Shown piece after piece: positions 49,607 through 59,864 of a stretch of DNA of 64,000 nucleotides. The translations under genes were made by a program, and so were the position numbers. The notes beneath the pieces are model-generated. The model did not search any database. It was not told the DNA's origin and worked only from the letters and a program-made list of their open reading frames with translations. Source of the stretch: Lachnospiraceae bacterium (GTDB lineage: Bacteria > Bacillota > Clostridia > Lachnospirales > Lachnospiraceae); contig JAVBUL010000047.1 of assembly GCA_031555415.1 (NCBI GenBank), positions 28,497 through 92,496 on the forward strand, in the 5' to 3' direction. How positions within the stretch are numbered: position 1 is the stretch's first letter; each line of letters opens with the position of its first letter.

Positions 49607-51163
49607 ATGAATAATCTTCGTTTATTACTAAAACCATATCGTCGTAAATTACGTATTGAGGCGTTATGGAAATCTACTATCCTTGGTTTAGCCATGGGTA
49701 TCATTGCTGCTGCGGTGTTTCTTGCTCTGGCAAAAATAATTAACCATACAAAAGAATATCAGCTTGCGTTGATTATCGGGGGAGCAGTAGCAGTTCTGAC
49801 AGCAATATTATATTATGTTATCTGGTGTAGACCTCTCTGGCGGTATACGACAGCTTGTGTTGACGCTTTGGGCTTAGAGGAGCGTGTTACAACAATGTTT
49901 ACAAATGAAGGAAACGATTCTGTTATTTCTAAATTGCAAAAGGAAGATACACTGAAAGAGTTAAATAAAATCAACCCAAGTCAATTAAAAATCAAATTTT
50001 TTCACCGTCAAATGTGGGCAATCCTTTTATCAATTATATTATTTGGGATCGCAGCTTTATTGCCTGTTGTAAAAGTGAATGCTTCCGACACATCTGAATT
50101 AACTGAGGCACAAAATGAAATCATTGATCAATTGGTTACAGATTTAAAAGAAAAGGTAGAAGGACTTGAAGTTGAAAAAGATATCAGCAATCAGTTAAAT
50201 AATGTTATTAACGATTTAAAAGACGATTTACCAAATCACGATACTTATATTGAAAAAATAGCAAGAATATCAAAGGCATATGACAGTATTAATTCAATTT
50301 TGAAAAGTCAGCTTACCAAGAGTATTATTGGTGCGGCGTTGGCTAGATATGAAATAACGAAAGCTTTAGGGCGTGCCATTATAAACGGAGATACAAAAGC
50401 AGTTGAAACGGCATGTGAAGATTTAAAGAATGAATTTGACAAGCTCACAGACGACACATATACGGAACATCTTAAAAATCTTTTAGAAAGCCTGAATGGT
50501 GCCATTGAACTTATTCAGAATGCTGGTGTAGAAGAAACAGATGAATTATATAAAGCAATAGGAATCTTCGCTGAAGATATCAGTGATTCGTTGGACAGCC
50601 TAAATCAAGGAGAAGACGTTAAGGAGCAGGTAGATGAAGCTATTGATAAGGCAATGAATTCTATAAATTCAGCACTTGAGAAGCAAAAGGCTATTGAAGA
50701 TGCAATCAAAGAAATTAAAGAACTTATTGATAAAGCCAAAGAAGAATTAGCGGCATTGGAAAAGGGAGAAGAAAGAGAAACAACTGAAACACAGGGGAAT
50801 GAAGAAGGTGAGGAAAATGAATCTGAACAGGGAGGAACTCAACAGCCGGGAGGAGACCAACCGTCTGATGAAGGAGAACCAAAGATACCGGCGAGTGAAG
50901 GTGAAGAGGGACAAGAAGGGATACCACAGGGGCAAGGAGCAGAGAACTTTGACGGTGATATACCCGGAGGTAAGAGTTCCAGTGGTAATCAGGGTAAGGG
51001 GGGACAAGAAAAAGTATTGGTTTATGACCCGGAAGACGGTATCGTGCCATATGAAAATGTATATGACGAATACTATGCAAATGAATTGGCAAGGATGAAT
51101 CAAAATAATACAGATAGCGACGAAGAGGATGTTGTTAAAGACTATTTTAATTTACTAAAATAA
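49607..51163 (+). CDS. Membrane protein with coiled coil and acidic Gly/Glu-rich tail (MoxR cluster accessory protein)
   Basis: Three TM helices, LGLEERVTT, long helical region and low-complexity tail; first gene of the MoxR operon. Confidence 0.6.
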   Translation: MNNLRLLLKPYRRKLRIEALWKSTILGLAMGIIAAAVFLALAKIINHTKEYQLALIIGGAVAVLTAILYYVIWCRPLWRYTTACVDALGLEERVTTMFTNEGNDSVISKLQKEDTLKELNKINPSQLKIKFFHRQMWAILLSIILFGIAALLPVVKVNASDTSELTEAQNEIIDQLVTDLKEKVEGLEVEKDISNQLNNVINDLKDDLPNHDTYIEKIARISKAYDSINSILKSQLTKSIIGAALARYEITKALGRAIINGDTKAVETACEDLKNEFDKLTDDTYTEHLKNLLESLNGAIELIQNAGVEETDELYKAIGIFAEDISDSLDSLNQGEDVKEQVDEAIDKAMNSINSALEKQKAIEDAIKEIKELIDKAKEELAALEKGEERETTETQGNEEGEENESEQGGTQQPGGDQPSDEGEPKIPASEGEEGQEGIPQGQGAENFDGDIPGGKSSSGNQGKGGQEKVLVYDPEDGIVPYENVYDEYYANELARMNQNNTDSDEEDVVKDYFNLLK

Positions 51164-51165
51164 AA

Positions 51166-52179
51166 ATGTTAAAGGAGAAGTTTATTGTGGTTACAGAACA
51201 AGATTATAAGATGTTTTCGCAGAAATGCCAGAGGATTGCGGCAGAAATAAATAAGGATATGATTGGACAGTCAGAAGTAGTCGAGGGTACGATTATTGCA
51301 ATGATTGCCGGTGGTAACGTTTTACTTGAGGGGGTTCCGGGGGTTGGAAAAACACGTCTGGTAAGATCGCTTGCCCAGACATTTAGTTTACCTTTTTCAC
51401 GTATTCAGTTTACACCGGATCTGATGCCGGCGGATGTAACGGGTGGAAATATTGTTGTTAAGGATGAAAATGGCAGTTCACGTTTTGAGTTTCAACCCGG
51501 GCCTGTTTTTAGCAGCATTGTTTTAGCGGATGAAATAAACCGTGCGACCCCTAAAACACAAAGTGCATTGCTTGAAGCGATGCAGGAGCATACAGTAACC
51601 GTCAGTGGAGTATCTCGTCCACTGCCGGAACCATTTTTTGTTCTTGCAACTCAGAATCCGATAGAACAGGATGGAACATATCTTTTACCGGAAGCGCAGC
51701 TTGACCGTTTTATGTTAAAACTCATTGTGGGAATGCCTTCAATTGAAGAACTTACAGCTATTGTAAGCTTGACTCAACAGACTACGGAAGAAAATGCACA
51801 AGCTGTTATGGGAGCAGAAGAATTATTACAAATGCGTGAAGCTGCAAAGGATATTCTTGTTGCTGAAACAGTTATGCAGTATGCAATGAAATTAGTTTCT
51901 GCGACGAATCCGGAGAGTACATATGCAAACGCAGCGACAAAACAGTTTATAAAATATGGCTCAAGCCCTCGTGGTGCTCAGGCACTGATAACAACAGCAA
52001 AGATTCGTGCCCTTATGTATGGCAGATTTAATGTTTCTTTTGAAGATATTAATATGATGGCATTTCCTGTTCTTCGTCATAGAATAAAATTAAATTTTGA
52101 AGCAGTAACAAGTTTAATGAATCCGGATGAAGTACTAAAAGAAATCATACGTGAACTTAATAAAACAAGAGGAAACTAG
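51166..52179 (+). CDS. MoxR family AAA+ ATPase
   Basis: LEGVPGVGKT, RIQFTPDLMPAD, DEINRA, ATQNPIE and LDRF. Confidence 0.95.
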   Translation: MLKEKFIVVTEQDYKMFSQKCQRIAAEINKDMIGQSEVVEGTIIAMIAGGNVLLEGVPGVGKTRLVRSLAQTFSLPFSRIQFTPDLMPADVTGGNIVVKDENGSSRFEFQPGPVFSSIVLADEINRATPKTQSALLEAMQEHTVTVSGVSRPLPEPFFVLATQNPIEQDGTYLLPEAQLDRFMLKLIVGMPSIEELTAIVSLTQQTTEENAQAVMGAEELLQMREAAKDILVAETVMQYAMKLVSATNPESTYANAATKQFIKYGSSPRGAQALITTAKIRALMYGRFNVSFEDINMMAFPVLRHRIKLNFEAVTSLMNPDEVLKEIIRELNKTRGN

Positions 52180-53067
52180 ATGAAAAGAAATATATTAGAC
52201 AGTAATTCTCTTAACCGAATTGAAACAGCTATGCTGTATTTCGGCAATCCCTTAACAGGTTATTTTGGCGGAAATCGTAAATCACCTGAATATGGAAGTA
52301 CTGTGGAATTTGCTGATTACCGTGAATATACACCGGGTGATGATTTGCGTAGGATAGACTGGAATGTATTCGCCAGAACGGATAAATATATGACGCGGTT
52401 ATTTATTGATGAACGTCGTATTCATAATCAGGTATTTATCGATTGTTCAGCTTCTATGGCTTATGGAGAGCCGGAAAAAGCCGAGACCGCGTTAAAGCTT
52501 GCGGGGATATTTGGTTATTTATCGGTGCATTTAGCCGATCGTGTTTCGTTTAAATTAATGCACGAAAATAAATGTATTGATCAATATGGTGAGGTTTCAG
52601 GAAAAGATGCCTTATATCTTGCAGTTGATCAATTATCATATGCTGAATTTGATGGTGAAACCGATATTGAAGCCTCTATTTGCGACTGCAAGAATCCCGG
52701 TTTTAACGATGGATTATCGATAATTATTTCAGATTTTTTTACCGACAGTAACTGGAAAGAAGCCGTCGATTTTTTGCTACATAAAAAACGTAAGGTTTTA
52801 TTAATTCAGGTATTGTCACCGGATGAGATTACACCAGGATATATAGGTCGTATTCAGTTCACGGACAGTGAAGCGAAGCAAGCTGAGGACCGCCGAAATC
52901 TGAGGCTGGATATCGGAAAAAATGCGTTAAAGGTTTATTCTAAGGTTCTTGAGAGCTATATGCAGGATATTAGGAATTTTTGTCGCAGTCGTAATGTTGA
53001 TTTTATTTCTGTTTCAACGACCGATTCTATTGAAGAAAAACTATTCAGAAAGGGAATAATACGATGA
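52180..53067 (+). CDS. DUF58 domain protein
   Basis: EFADYREYTPGDDLRRIDWN, DCSASM and IISDF. Confidence 0.9.
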   Translation: MKRNILDSNSLNRIETAMLYFGNPLTGYFGGNRKSPEYGSTVEFADYREYTPGDDLRRIDWNVFARTDKYMTRLFIDERRIHNQVFIDCSASMAYGEPEKAETALKLAGIFGYLSVHLADRVSFKLMHENKCIDQYGEVSGKDALYLAVDQLSYAEFDGETDIEASICDCKNPGFNDGLSIIISDFFTDSNWKEAVDFLLHKKRKVLLIQVLSPDEITPGYIGRIQFTDSEAKQAEDRRNLRLDIGKNALKVYSKVLESYMQDIRNFCRSRNVDFISVSTTDSIEEKLFRKGIIR

Positions 53068-54989
53068 GTTTTTTAAATCCAAGCGGATTATGGCTTTTAC
53101 TTGGAATACCTTTATTGATTTTTTTATATATTATCAAGCAAAAATATGTGAACCGAAATTTGGGAAGTTCATTTATTTGGATGAAGAGTGAACCTTTTAT
53201 TAAAAAGAATATTAAGCTAAGAAAACTTTTACGTTATCTTTTAATTGCCCTTCAGATTTTGATCATTGCCTTTTCGGCGTTTGTTTTGGCCCGTCCGGTA
53301 TCCTCTGAACAGGCAGTTATGACGAAGCATATTGTTATTTTGGATACTTCGGGCAGTATGCAGGCTGAATCGGAGACAGGTGAAAGCCGTTTTCTGAAAG
53401 CCGCACAAAAGATTTCTGATTTAGCGTCTGATATGGTAAATGGTTCTACGATGAGTATTATCTGTACCGGTAGCAGCGCCTCTTTTGTTGTTAAAAATAC
53501 TCAATCTGAAAGCATCGTAAGAAGAGCACTAGATACATTAGAGTGCGATTGGTCAGAATCTGATATATCAGGTGCAATAGCTTTGGCTATGCGTGAAAAG
53601 TCTGATACTGTAGAAACAAATATAATTTTATATACAGATACTGATTATATTGAAGCCGGCGATATCCAAGTCGTCAATATGGCAGGTAAAGAAACAAATG
53701 CGGCAGTATTATCACTAACCGACAAAATGGTTAAAAATGACGGTTATACCTTTACCGGAACCGTGGCTTCATATGGAAAATCGGATACCTTAACCGTTGG
53801 ATTATATATTGATGGTGTATTGAAGGATGCAAAGCTGGTTGATTGTGAAGAAGGTGTTACCACAGAAGTTATATTTGAACAAATAGATATTGATACATAT
53901 TCACAAGCAAGACTTACAATTGAAGCAGAAGATTCAATTGCAAATGATAATGAATATATTTTAGTGAATGAAAATAATGTTAAGAAAAATATTCTCATTG
54001 TTAGTAATTCGCCGCTTTTTATAGAAGTAGCATTAAAAGTTTCGGGAGATTTTAACATTAAAACAACAAAGAAACTTGAGGAAATTCCTTTGCCAACAGC
54101 AGAAACTAAAGGAACAGAGGAAAAATATGGTGATCTTACGGGATATGACCTTTATATTTTTGATGGAATCATACCCGAAACATTACCAGATGATGGAACT
54201 ATCTGGCTGATAAATCCGGATACGCTTCCTGACGGAACGGGACTTGTTATAGGTGATGAAGTAAATAGTGAAGATGGTGAAAGCAATGTTAAGCTTCTGG
54301 TAGATAATACTTCCAAGACATATACAACTCTTGCAAAAAATCTGAATGTTGAAAAGATTGCCATATCAAAATATATTCAGTTTACGGAGTTTTCAGGCTA
54401 TGAAACTATTTTTGCTTGTAACTCTTCGCCCCTACTACTTGCTAAGGAGTCTGAGGATTATAAAAAGACTTTGGTACTGACATTTGATATTCATAACTCA
54501 AATTTACCATTGTTATCTGCTTTTCCGTTATTGATAAGTAATATGGTAGAATACTCAATACCATCCATGCTGAGTGAAAGGGATTATGAAGTAAATGATT
54601 CGGTATCAATTACTACTTTACCGGGTGCTGTGTCGATAGAAATATCTTCTGACTCAATTAGTGAAACGCAACTTTCTTTATATGTTGATGAAAATACTTA
54701 TACACCAACGAAAACCGGTTTATATACAATTCGTCAAACAATAAGCGGTTCTGTTTTGGAAGATAATACAGATGCATTTTTTGTTCATATGAATTTAGTA
54801 GAAAGTAATATACAACCGGATGTCGCATCTCTGGGACTTGGTGAAAGTACTCAGGAAATAGAACAACAAGAGGACAGCTTCTTAAGCTCAATATATTCTG
54901 CTTTTAGTAAAGTTTGGCCTTTAGTCATTGTGCTACTACTTTTTATTTTAATTTCAGAATGGGGGTTATATTATCATGAGCAATATTGA
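53064..54989 (+). CDS. BatA-type N-terminal domain + VWA domain protein
   Basis: FLNPSGLWLLL double-TM start, MIDAS DTSGS and C-terminal TM. Confidence 0.85.
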   Translation: MSFLNPSGLWLLLGIPLLIFLYIIKQKYVNRNLGSSFIWMKSEPFIKKNIKLRKLLRYLLIALQILIIAFSAFVLARPVSSEQAVMTKHIVILDTSGSMQAESETGESRFLKAAQKISDLASDMVNGSTMSIICTGSSASFVVKNTQSESIVRRALDTLECDWSESDISGAIALAMREKSDTVETNIILYTDTDYIEAGDIQVVNMAGKETNAAVLSLTDKMVKNDGYTFTGTVASYGKSDTLTVGLYIDGVLKDAKLVDCEEGVTTEVIFEQIDIDTYSQARLTIEAEDSIANDNEYILVNENNVKKNILIVSNSPLFIEVALKVSGDFNIKTTKKLEEIPLPTAETKGTEEKYGDLTGYDLYIFDGIIPETLPDDGTIWLINPDTLPDGTGLVIGDEVNSEDGESNVKLLVDNTSKTYTTLAKNLNVEKIAISKYIQFTEFSGYETIFACNSSPLLLAKESEDYKKTLVLTFDIHNSNLPLLSAFPLLISNMVEYSIPSMLSERDYEVNDSVSITTLPGAVSIEISSDSISETQLSLYVDENTYTPTKTGLYTIRQTISGSVLEDNTDAFFVHMNLVESNIQPDVASLGLGESTQEIEQQEDSFLSSIYSAFSKVWPLVIVLLLFILISEWGLYYHEQY

Positions 54990-57552
54990 TTTATTTTTTT
55001 CAAGTCCTTGGATTTTGATTTTAATAATACCACTGTTATTCTTGACGGTATTTCCTTATTTGAGACTTAATAAAAAGCGTAGAACTAAAAAGCACCTTAT
55101 TTCATTAATATGCCGCTCTATAGCACTTGTATTGCTTGTTGTAATGCTTTCAGGGGTGACCTATATGTCAAAATTGGATGATACTTCCGTTATTATTCTG
55201 GTTGATTTATCAGACAGTACCTTACCGATGCGGGATTCGATGGACAGCTTTACTAAAGAATTGCTTGAAAATACAGATAAAGATACAAGAATAGGAATTA
55301 TGGCTTTTGCTGATAGTTGTGTATATGAATTAAGACTTGACAGCGGTAATGAATTTACAAGCCTATCTGATTTAAAGGCAGAATCGGTCGGTAGTGCTAC
55401 AAATATTGAAGATGCACTACGCACAGCAGCTTCGGAAATTGAAACAGATACCTATGGACGTGTTATTCTTTTATCCGATGGCAAAGAGACCAAAGGAAAT
55501 GCCGAAACCACAGCTGTAGAATTAGCTTACCAACAGATTCGGGTTGATAGCGTGTTTTTTAGTAAAGAAAATTCAGGAAGTGATGAAGTACAGATAAATG
55601 ACATGAGTATTCCGGAAAATGCTTATGCAGGAGATACTTTTACAATAAGTATAACAGTTAACAGCACAGTAGAAACTAGTGGTGTATTGACAATATATGA
55701 TGACAATAGTGAAGTTATGGAGCAGGAGGTTACGATTCAAAAGGGAATAAATACGTATACTTTGGAAACCACCACAACCTATTCAGGTGTACACACTTTC
55801 AAGGTTGTTTTAGATGCATCTTCAGATTCAATCACACAAAATAATTTATATTATTCATATATTAAAATTTTAGGTTCACCTAATATTTTAATTGTTGACG
55901 GAACGGGGAGTGAATCACGTCAGCTTCGTTCAGTTTTAGGGGATAATTATAAAATCCAGAAAACGCCGCCTGAATATGTGCCGAACACCCTTGCAGAAAT
56001 TCAGAAGTTTGATGAAATCATTTTAATGAATGTTTCGGCAAGCGATTTGCCGGAAGGGTTTGACGAATTAATTGAAACTTATGTTAAAGCACTTGGCAGA
56101 AGTGTATTTACAACTGGTGGCGAAAATACTTATTATTATGGTTCTATGAAGGGTACCAGGTTTGAAGATTTACTGCCTATTAATATTGATGTGGAAGATA
56201 ATGATACAGGGTCAACAGCACTTGTGATTGTAATTGACTGCTCAAGCAGTATGCAGGGAACACCTATAATGCTTGCAAAGGAGGGAGCCATAAATTGTGT
56301 CAATGCACTTGATGATACCGATTATGTTGGTATAATTTCTTTCGCAGGAAGTACAGAAATCGTATCTCCATTAACATCGGCTGCAAATAGGAAAACCGTG
56401 AATGCTGCGATTGATGCACTGATGAATTCAAGAGGTACATATTTGTATGATGCTGTTGTAGAAGCTTATGATCAGTTAAAGGATTCTGATGCAGAGAATA
56501 AGCATGTGCTGATCCTTTCTGACGGAGAACCGGCTGATTCAGGTTATGCTTCGGTAATTCAGACTATGAGATCTGAAGGCATTACTACATCAACGATTCT
56601 GTGTGGGTATGATATAACATATGTATCAAGCTTGATGCAGTCACTTGCAAATCTCGGTGGAGGTCAATATTATGAAGTCGATGATATCATAGACTTACCT
56701 GAAATAATGCTAAATGCAGCGCAGTCGCTTCTGACCAGTTATATAAGTGAAGGTATATTTACACCGACAATCGGTCAAGTTTCAGCTGTACTTAGTGGAG
56801 TTAGCAGTATTCCTGAACTTGGTGGTTATATCATAACAAGTATTAAAAATGGGGCAACAAACGTTCTTTATAGCGATGAAAATCGTCCTATATATGCAGA
56901 ATGGAAATACGGTCTTGGAAGAGTTGTAAGTTTTATGAGTGATCTTTCAGGAGACTGGTCAGATACATTCCTGTCGGATGAACAGGGAATAAAGTTTATC
57001 GAGAATATTATTACATATCTGATTCCACGTGAAAATCAGACAACCGGTCTGACGGTTGATATTACGAAAAAAGGTTCACAAGCAAATATTTGTGCAAAGA
57101 CCGTGGATAGCACCAATAATTCCAAGGTTGAAGCAGTAGTTATGCCACCAAAGGGGGATAGATATACCGTGATTCTTAATGCAGTTTCTTCAGGTGTATA
57201 TGAAAGTACGATTGAAACAATGGAAGAGGGTGTTTACACATTATTTGTGCAGCAGACTGATACTGACGGAGAGCTGCTTGGTTACCGTGAAGTTGCAGTT
57301 GCGTCTTCTTATTCCGCCGAATATGATGCATTTTTAGAGGGTGGTGACAAATTGCTTGAAAGTGTCAGCAATTTGGCTGGTGGAGAGCTGATGAGCACTT
57401 GTCAGGAGCTGCTTAGTGTTGAAACATCACCGTCGGAAATAGAAAAGAATTTGTATATACCATTGGGATTAATTGCTACATTTTTGTTGCTTGCTGATTT
57501 GGTGATGAGGAATACGAAGTGGCAAGATATTAAGATGTTTTTTAGGACTTAA
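54976..57552 (+). CDS. Double-VWA protein with Ig-like and glutamine-amidotransferase-like domains
   Basis: MIDAS DLSDS and DCSSS, LSDG twice, WKYGLGRV, terminal TM helices. Confidence 0.82.
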   Translation: MSNIDLFFSSPWILILIIPLLFLTVFPYLRLNKKRRTKKHLISLICRSIALVLLVVMLSGVTYMSKLDDTSVIILVDLSDSTLPMRDSMDSFTKELLENTDKDTRIGIMAFADSCVYELRLDSGNEFTSLSDLKAESVGSATNIEDALRTAASEIETDTYGRVILLSDGKETKGNAETTAVELAYQQIRVDSVFFSKENSGSDEVQINDMSIPENAYAGDTFTISITVNSTVETSGVLTIYDDNSEVMEQEVTIQKGINTYTLETTTTYSGVHTFKVVLDASSDSITQNNLYYSYIKILGSPNILIVDGTGSESRQLRSVLGDNYKIQKTPPEYVPNTLAEIQKFDEIILMNVSASDLPEGFDELIETYVKALGRSVFTTGGENTYYYGSMKGTRFEDLLPINIDVEDNDTGSTALVIVIDCSSSMQGTPIMLAKEGAINCVNALDDTDYVGIISFAGSTEIVSPLTSAANRKTVNAAIDALMNSRGTYLYDAVVEAYDQLKDSDAENKHVLILSDGEPADSGYASVIQTMRSEGITTSTILCGYDITYVSSLMQSLANLGGGQYYEVDDIIDLPEIMLNAAQSLLTSYISEGIFTPTIGQVSAVLSGVSSIPELGGYIITSIKNGATNVLYSDENRPIYAEWKYGLGRVVSFMSDLSGDWSDTFLSDEQGIKFIENIITYLIPRENQTTGLTVDITKKGSQANICAKTVDSTNNSKVEAVVMPPKGDRYTVILNAVSSGVYESTIETMEEGVYTLFVQQTDTDGELLGYREVAVASSYSAEYDAFLEGGDKLLESVSNLAGGELMSTCQELLSVETSPSEIEKNLYIPLGLIATFLLLADLVMRNTKWQDIKMFFRT

Positions 57553-57601
57553 TAAAAAAATTTTTTTCTAGTCTTAAAAAAAATGAGAAAAGAGTCAAAA
57601 C

Positions 57602-57635
57602 TGACTGCTTTTTGATTGTCATTCGCCCTTATAAT
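57602..57635 (+). promoter_or_regulatory. Direct-repeat activator box plus -10 element (second copy)
   Basis: TGACTG-N5-TGATTGTC-N9-TATAAT. Confidence 0.6.
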
Positions 57636-57694
57636 AAGATAGACAAAGTTAATTTTTTGTTGTGGAATTTAAAAGAAATGAAGGAGGGAATTTA

Positions 57695-59131
57695 ATGTTA
57701 AAAAAAAGAAAACCAATATTATGCTTTTTGATGACGGTGGTGATGTTACTGGTCACGATTCCAACAACGACAATATCGGCGAGTGCTGCAGATGTGACAA
57801 CTGGTGATTTTACCTTCGATGCTTCAACAGGCAAGCTTACCATTATTACTGCAGATGGTATGATTTTAGCAGGTAGTAAAGATTGGCAAAGCAACAGAAT
57901 TTCCAAGACCGATATAAGAATATTGGAGATAGCATCCGGTATTTACACAATCAATGGGTCGGATTATCGGGATAATGCCGAATTTAAGGACTGCATTAAC
58001 CTTACAAGCGTCATTTTGAATGATGTTACAGCAATTGGACCAAATGTATTTTATGGATGTACTAGCTTGGTTAATATTGATTTGAGCAATGTTACTTCTA
58101 TAGAGGGCTCTGCTTTTTACAACTGCGCAGCGCTTACTTCTGTGGATGTTCGCTCTGCAACGTCGATTGGTTTGACAGCATTTTATGGCTGTACAAGTAT
58201 TACAAGCATAGTAATGCCAGGTAATATTAAAGTAGCCAGTGTTGTTAACAATGTAAACTATGGCACTGCGAGCATTCGTCCAAGAAGTATATCAACCCTT
58301 GCCATAACTGCAACAGCTAATTCAGACCAACCTTTTACAGAATGGATAACCCCAAGCATTGGGACAATTAGCGATGTTAGTAATACAAATACAACATACA
58401 CCATCGGAGCATCTAATGTTATTCTTGCTGCAATTTTTGGAACATTATCCGATCCAGCTATTGCACTTGGTGCACAAAGTGGAGCACTTACTTATGGTAC
58501 GGCAGGAAATGCAACATATGCGGTGGTAGCAAGTGATTTTTATGAACCTGTATTTGCACCGTCTGTTCAGTGGTATGACAGGACAGACAAAATAGCTACA
58601 CCAATAGGCATAACGACTTCGTGGAATGAAGAAAAAACACAACTTACCATAAATTCAACATCTTCGGTTAATGCAGGTACATATACTTTTAAAGTGGTTT
58701 CAGGTACTACTGAGTCAGTAGCAGGAAGTTTTGTTGTTGGAAAAAAAGATATTACTCTTATTGCTGATAGCAAAAGCATTTTTGTAGGAGCAAATGAACC
58801 TACCTACACATATACGGTAATAGGGCTTGCTGGTTCAGACACAAAAGAAGCAGTTATTACAACAGCACCGACCATGAGTGTAGCCGGCTTTAGTAGCACG
58901 GCAGCAGCTACCTTCGATGTAGTTATATCAGGGGGTGCAACGACAAACACAAACTATAATATTTCAATGCGTACAAATGGAATACTGACGATTTCAAATG
59001 AAACAGAAACATCGGTAGATAAAGCAGTTGAAACAGGAGACGATACACCAGTAGCATGGTTGTTTATCGTTGCCCTTGCCAGTGGGGGCATTTGTGCTCT
59101 ACTTGGTAAAAAAAAGATGATTAAGTCTTAA
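57695..59131 (+). CDS. BspA-type leucine-rich-repeat surface protein with MBG-like domain and sortase-type anchor
   Basis: Signal peptide; xIGxxAFxGCxSL repeats; ITLIADSKS...EPTYTY module; VETGD + TM + basic tail; ATG after AAGGAGG. Confidence 0.82.
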   Translation: MLKKRKPILCFLMTVVMLLVTIPTTTISASAADVTTGDFTFDASTGKLTIITADGMILAGSKDWQSNRISKTDIRILEIASGIYTINGSDYRDNAEFKDCINLTSVILNDVTAIGPNVFYGCTSLVNIDLSNVTSIEGSAFYNCAALTSVDVRSATSIGLTAFYGCTSITSIVMPGNIKVASVVNNVNYGTASIRPRSISTLAITATANSDQPFTEWITPSIGTISDVSNTNTTYTIGASNVILAAIFGTLSDPAIALGAQSGALTYGTAGNATYAVVASDFYEPVFAPSVQWYDRTDKIATPIGITTSWNEEKTQLTINSTSSVNAGTYTFKVVSGTTESVAGSFVVGKKDITLIADSKSIFVGANEPTYTYTVIGLAGSDTKEAVITTAPTMSVAGFSSTAAATFDVVISGGATTNTNYNISMRTNGILTISNETETSVDKAVETGDDTPVAWLFIVALASGGICALLGKKKMIKS

Positions 59132-59147
59132 AATATTTTTATTAAGG

Positions 59148-59185
59148 AAAACGGCGGATGCATTGACTACATTCGCTGTTTTTTG
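59148..59185 (+). terminator. Intrinsic terminator
   Basis: AAAACGGCGGATG ... CATTCGCTGTTTTTT. Confidence 0.7.
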
Positions 59186-59313
59186 CATTTTACAAATGAT
59201 AGTCTCTTATATCTACATTTAATATTAAGGATTAAGATTTCTTAAATAGTGCTTATTAAACTATAAAAATATGATAAAATAGAAAAAAATCTATTTAAGT
59301 GTAGAGGTGACTC

Positions 59314-59781
59314 ATGAAGAAAGATAAAGATATTGAAAAATTACATAACGGAATAAAAGCATTGATATATAAATTACCTATTGTTTTACTTGTGAGTGCT
59401 ATGGTGATTTTAGGAATTTTTTCTATTTTTGCACAGTTTGATACGGATTATGTGCCGGAGTATTATATTGCGCATAAAACTGATATGGGTTTTTCGTATT
59501 ATGAATGGGATAATGAGGGTAATCGTCATGAGTTGGAGGCAGTTTATAATCAGTACGGATACTGGGAAACAGTACATGGTTCAGATTTTATGGATGATGC
59601 CCGTAGCATCTTTGGTTTGGATTTAGAAGATGGAAATAACATTTCGGATGATGAAATTCCTGTTGGTAAGCTGCCAATAGAAAATGCGTCACTTATTGCC
59701 AGTTTATCTACCGTGATAAATACGGATGTAATATTTGATAACGATGAAATAAGTGACTATGACTTAGTAATAGTTTTTTGA
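59314..59781 (+). CDS. Hypothetical single-TM protein with acidic domain
   Basis: GAGGTG SD, one hydrophobic helix, 155 aa. Confidence 0.55.
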   Translation: MKKDKDIEKLHNGIKALIYKLPIVLLVSAMVILGIFSIFAQFDTDYVPEYYIAHKTDMGFSYYEWDNEGNRHELEAVYNQYGYWETVHGSDFMDDARSIFGLDLEDGNNISDDEIPVGKLPIENASLIASLSTVINTDVIFDNDEISDYDLVIVF

Positions 59782-59808
59782 AATAGGTGAGCAAGCGGCA
59801 CACCTATT
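59782..59808. repeat. Palindromic element, copy 2
   Basis: AATAGGTGAGCAAGCGGCACACCTATT; matches 47593-47619. Confidence 0.6.
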
Positions 59809-59864
59809 TCCTCTGTGCACTCCATTTCAATGCAATTTATTTTTTATATAAGAAAAAGTAAAAT

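Noticed and set aside
59225-59247. TTAAG repeats as a response-regulator box
   Set aside because: Too AT-rich and degenerate to distinguish from background.
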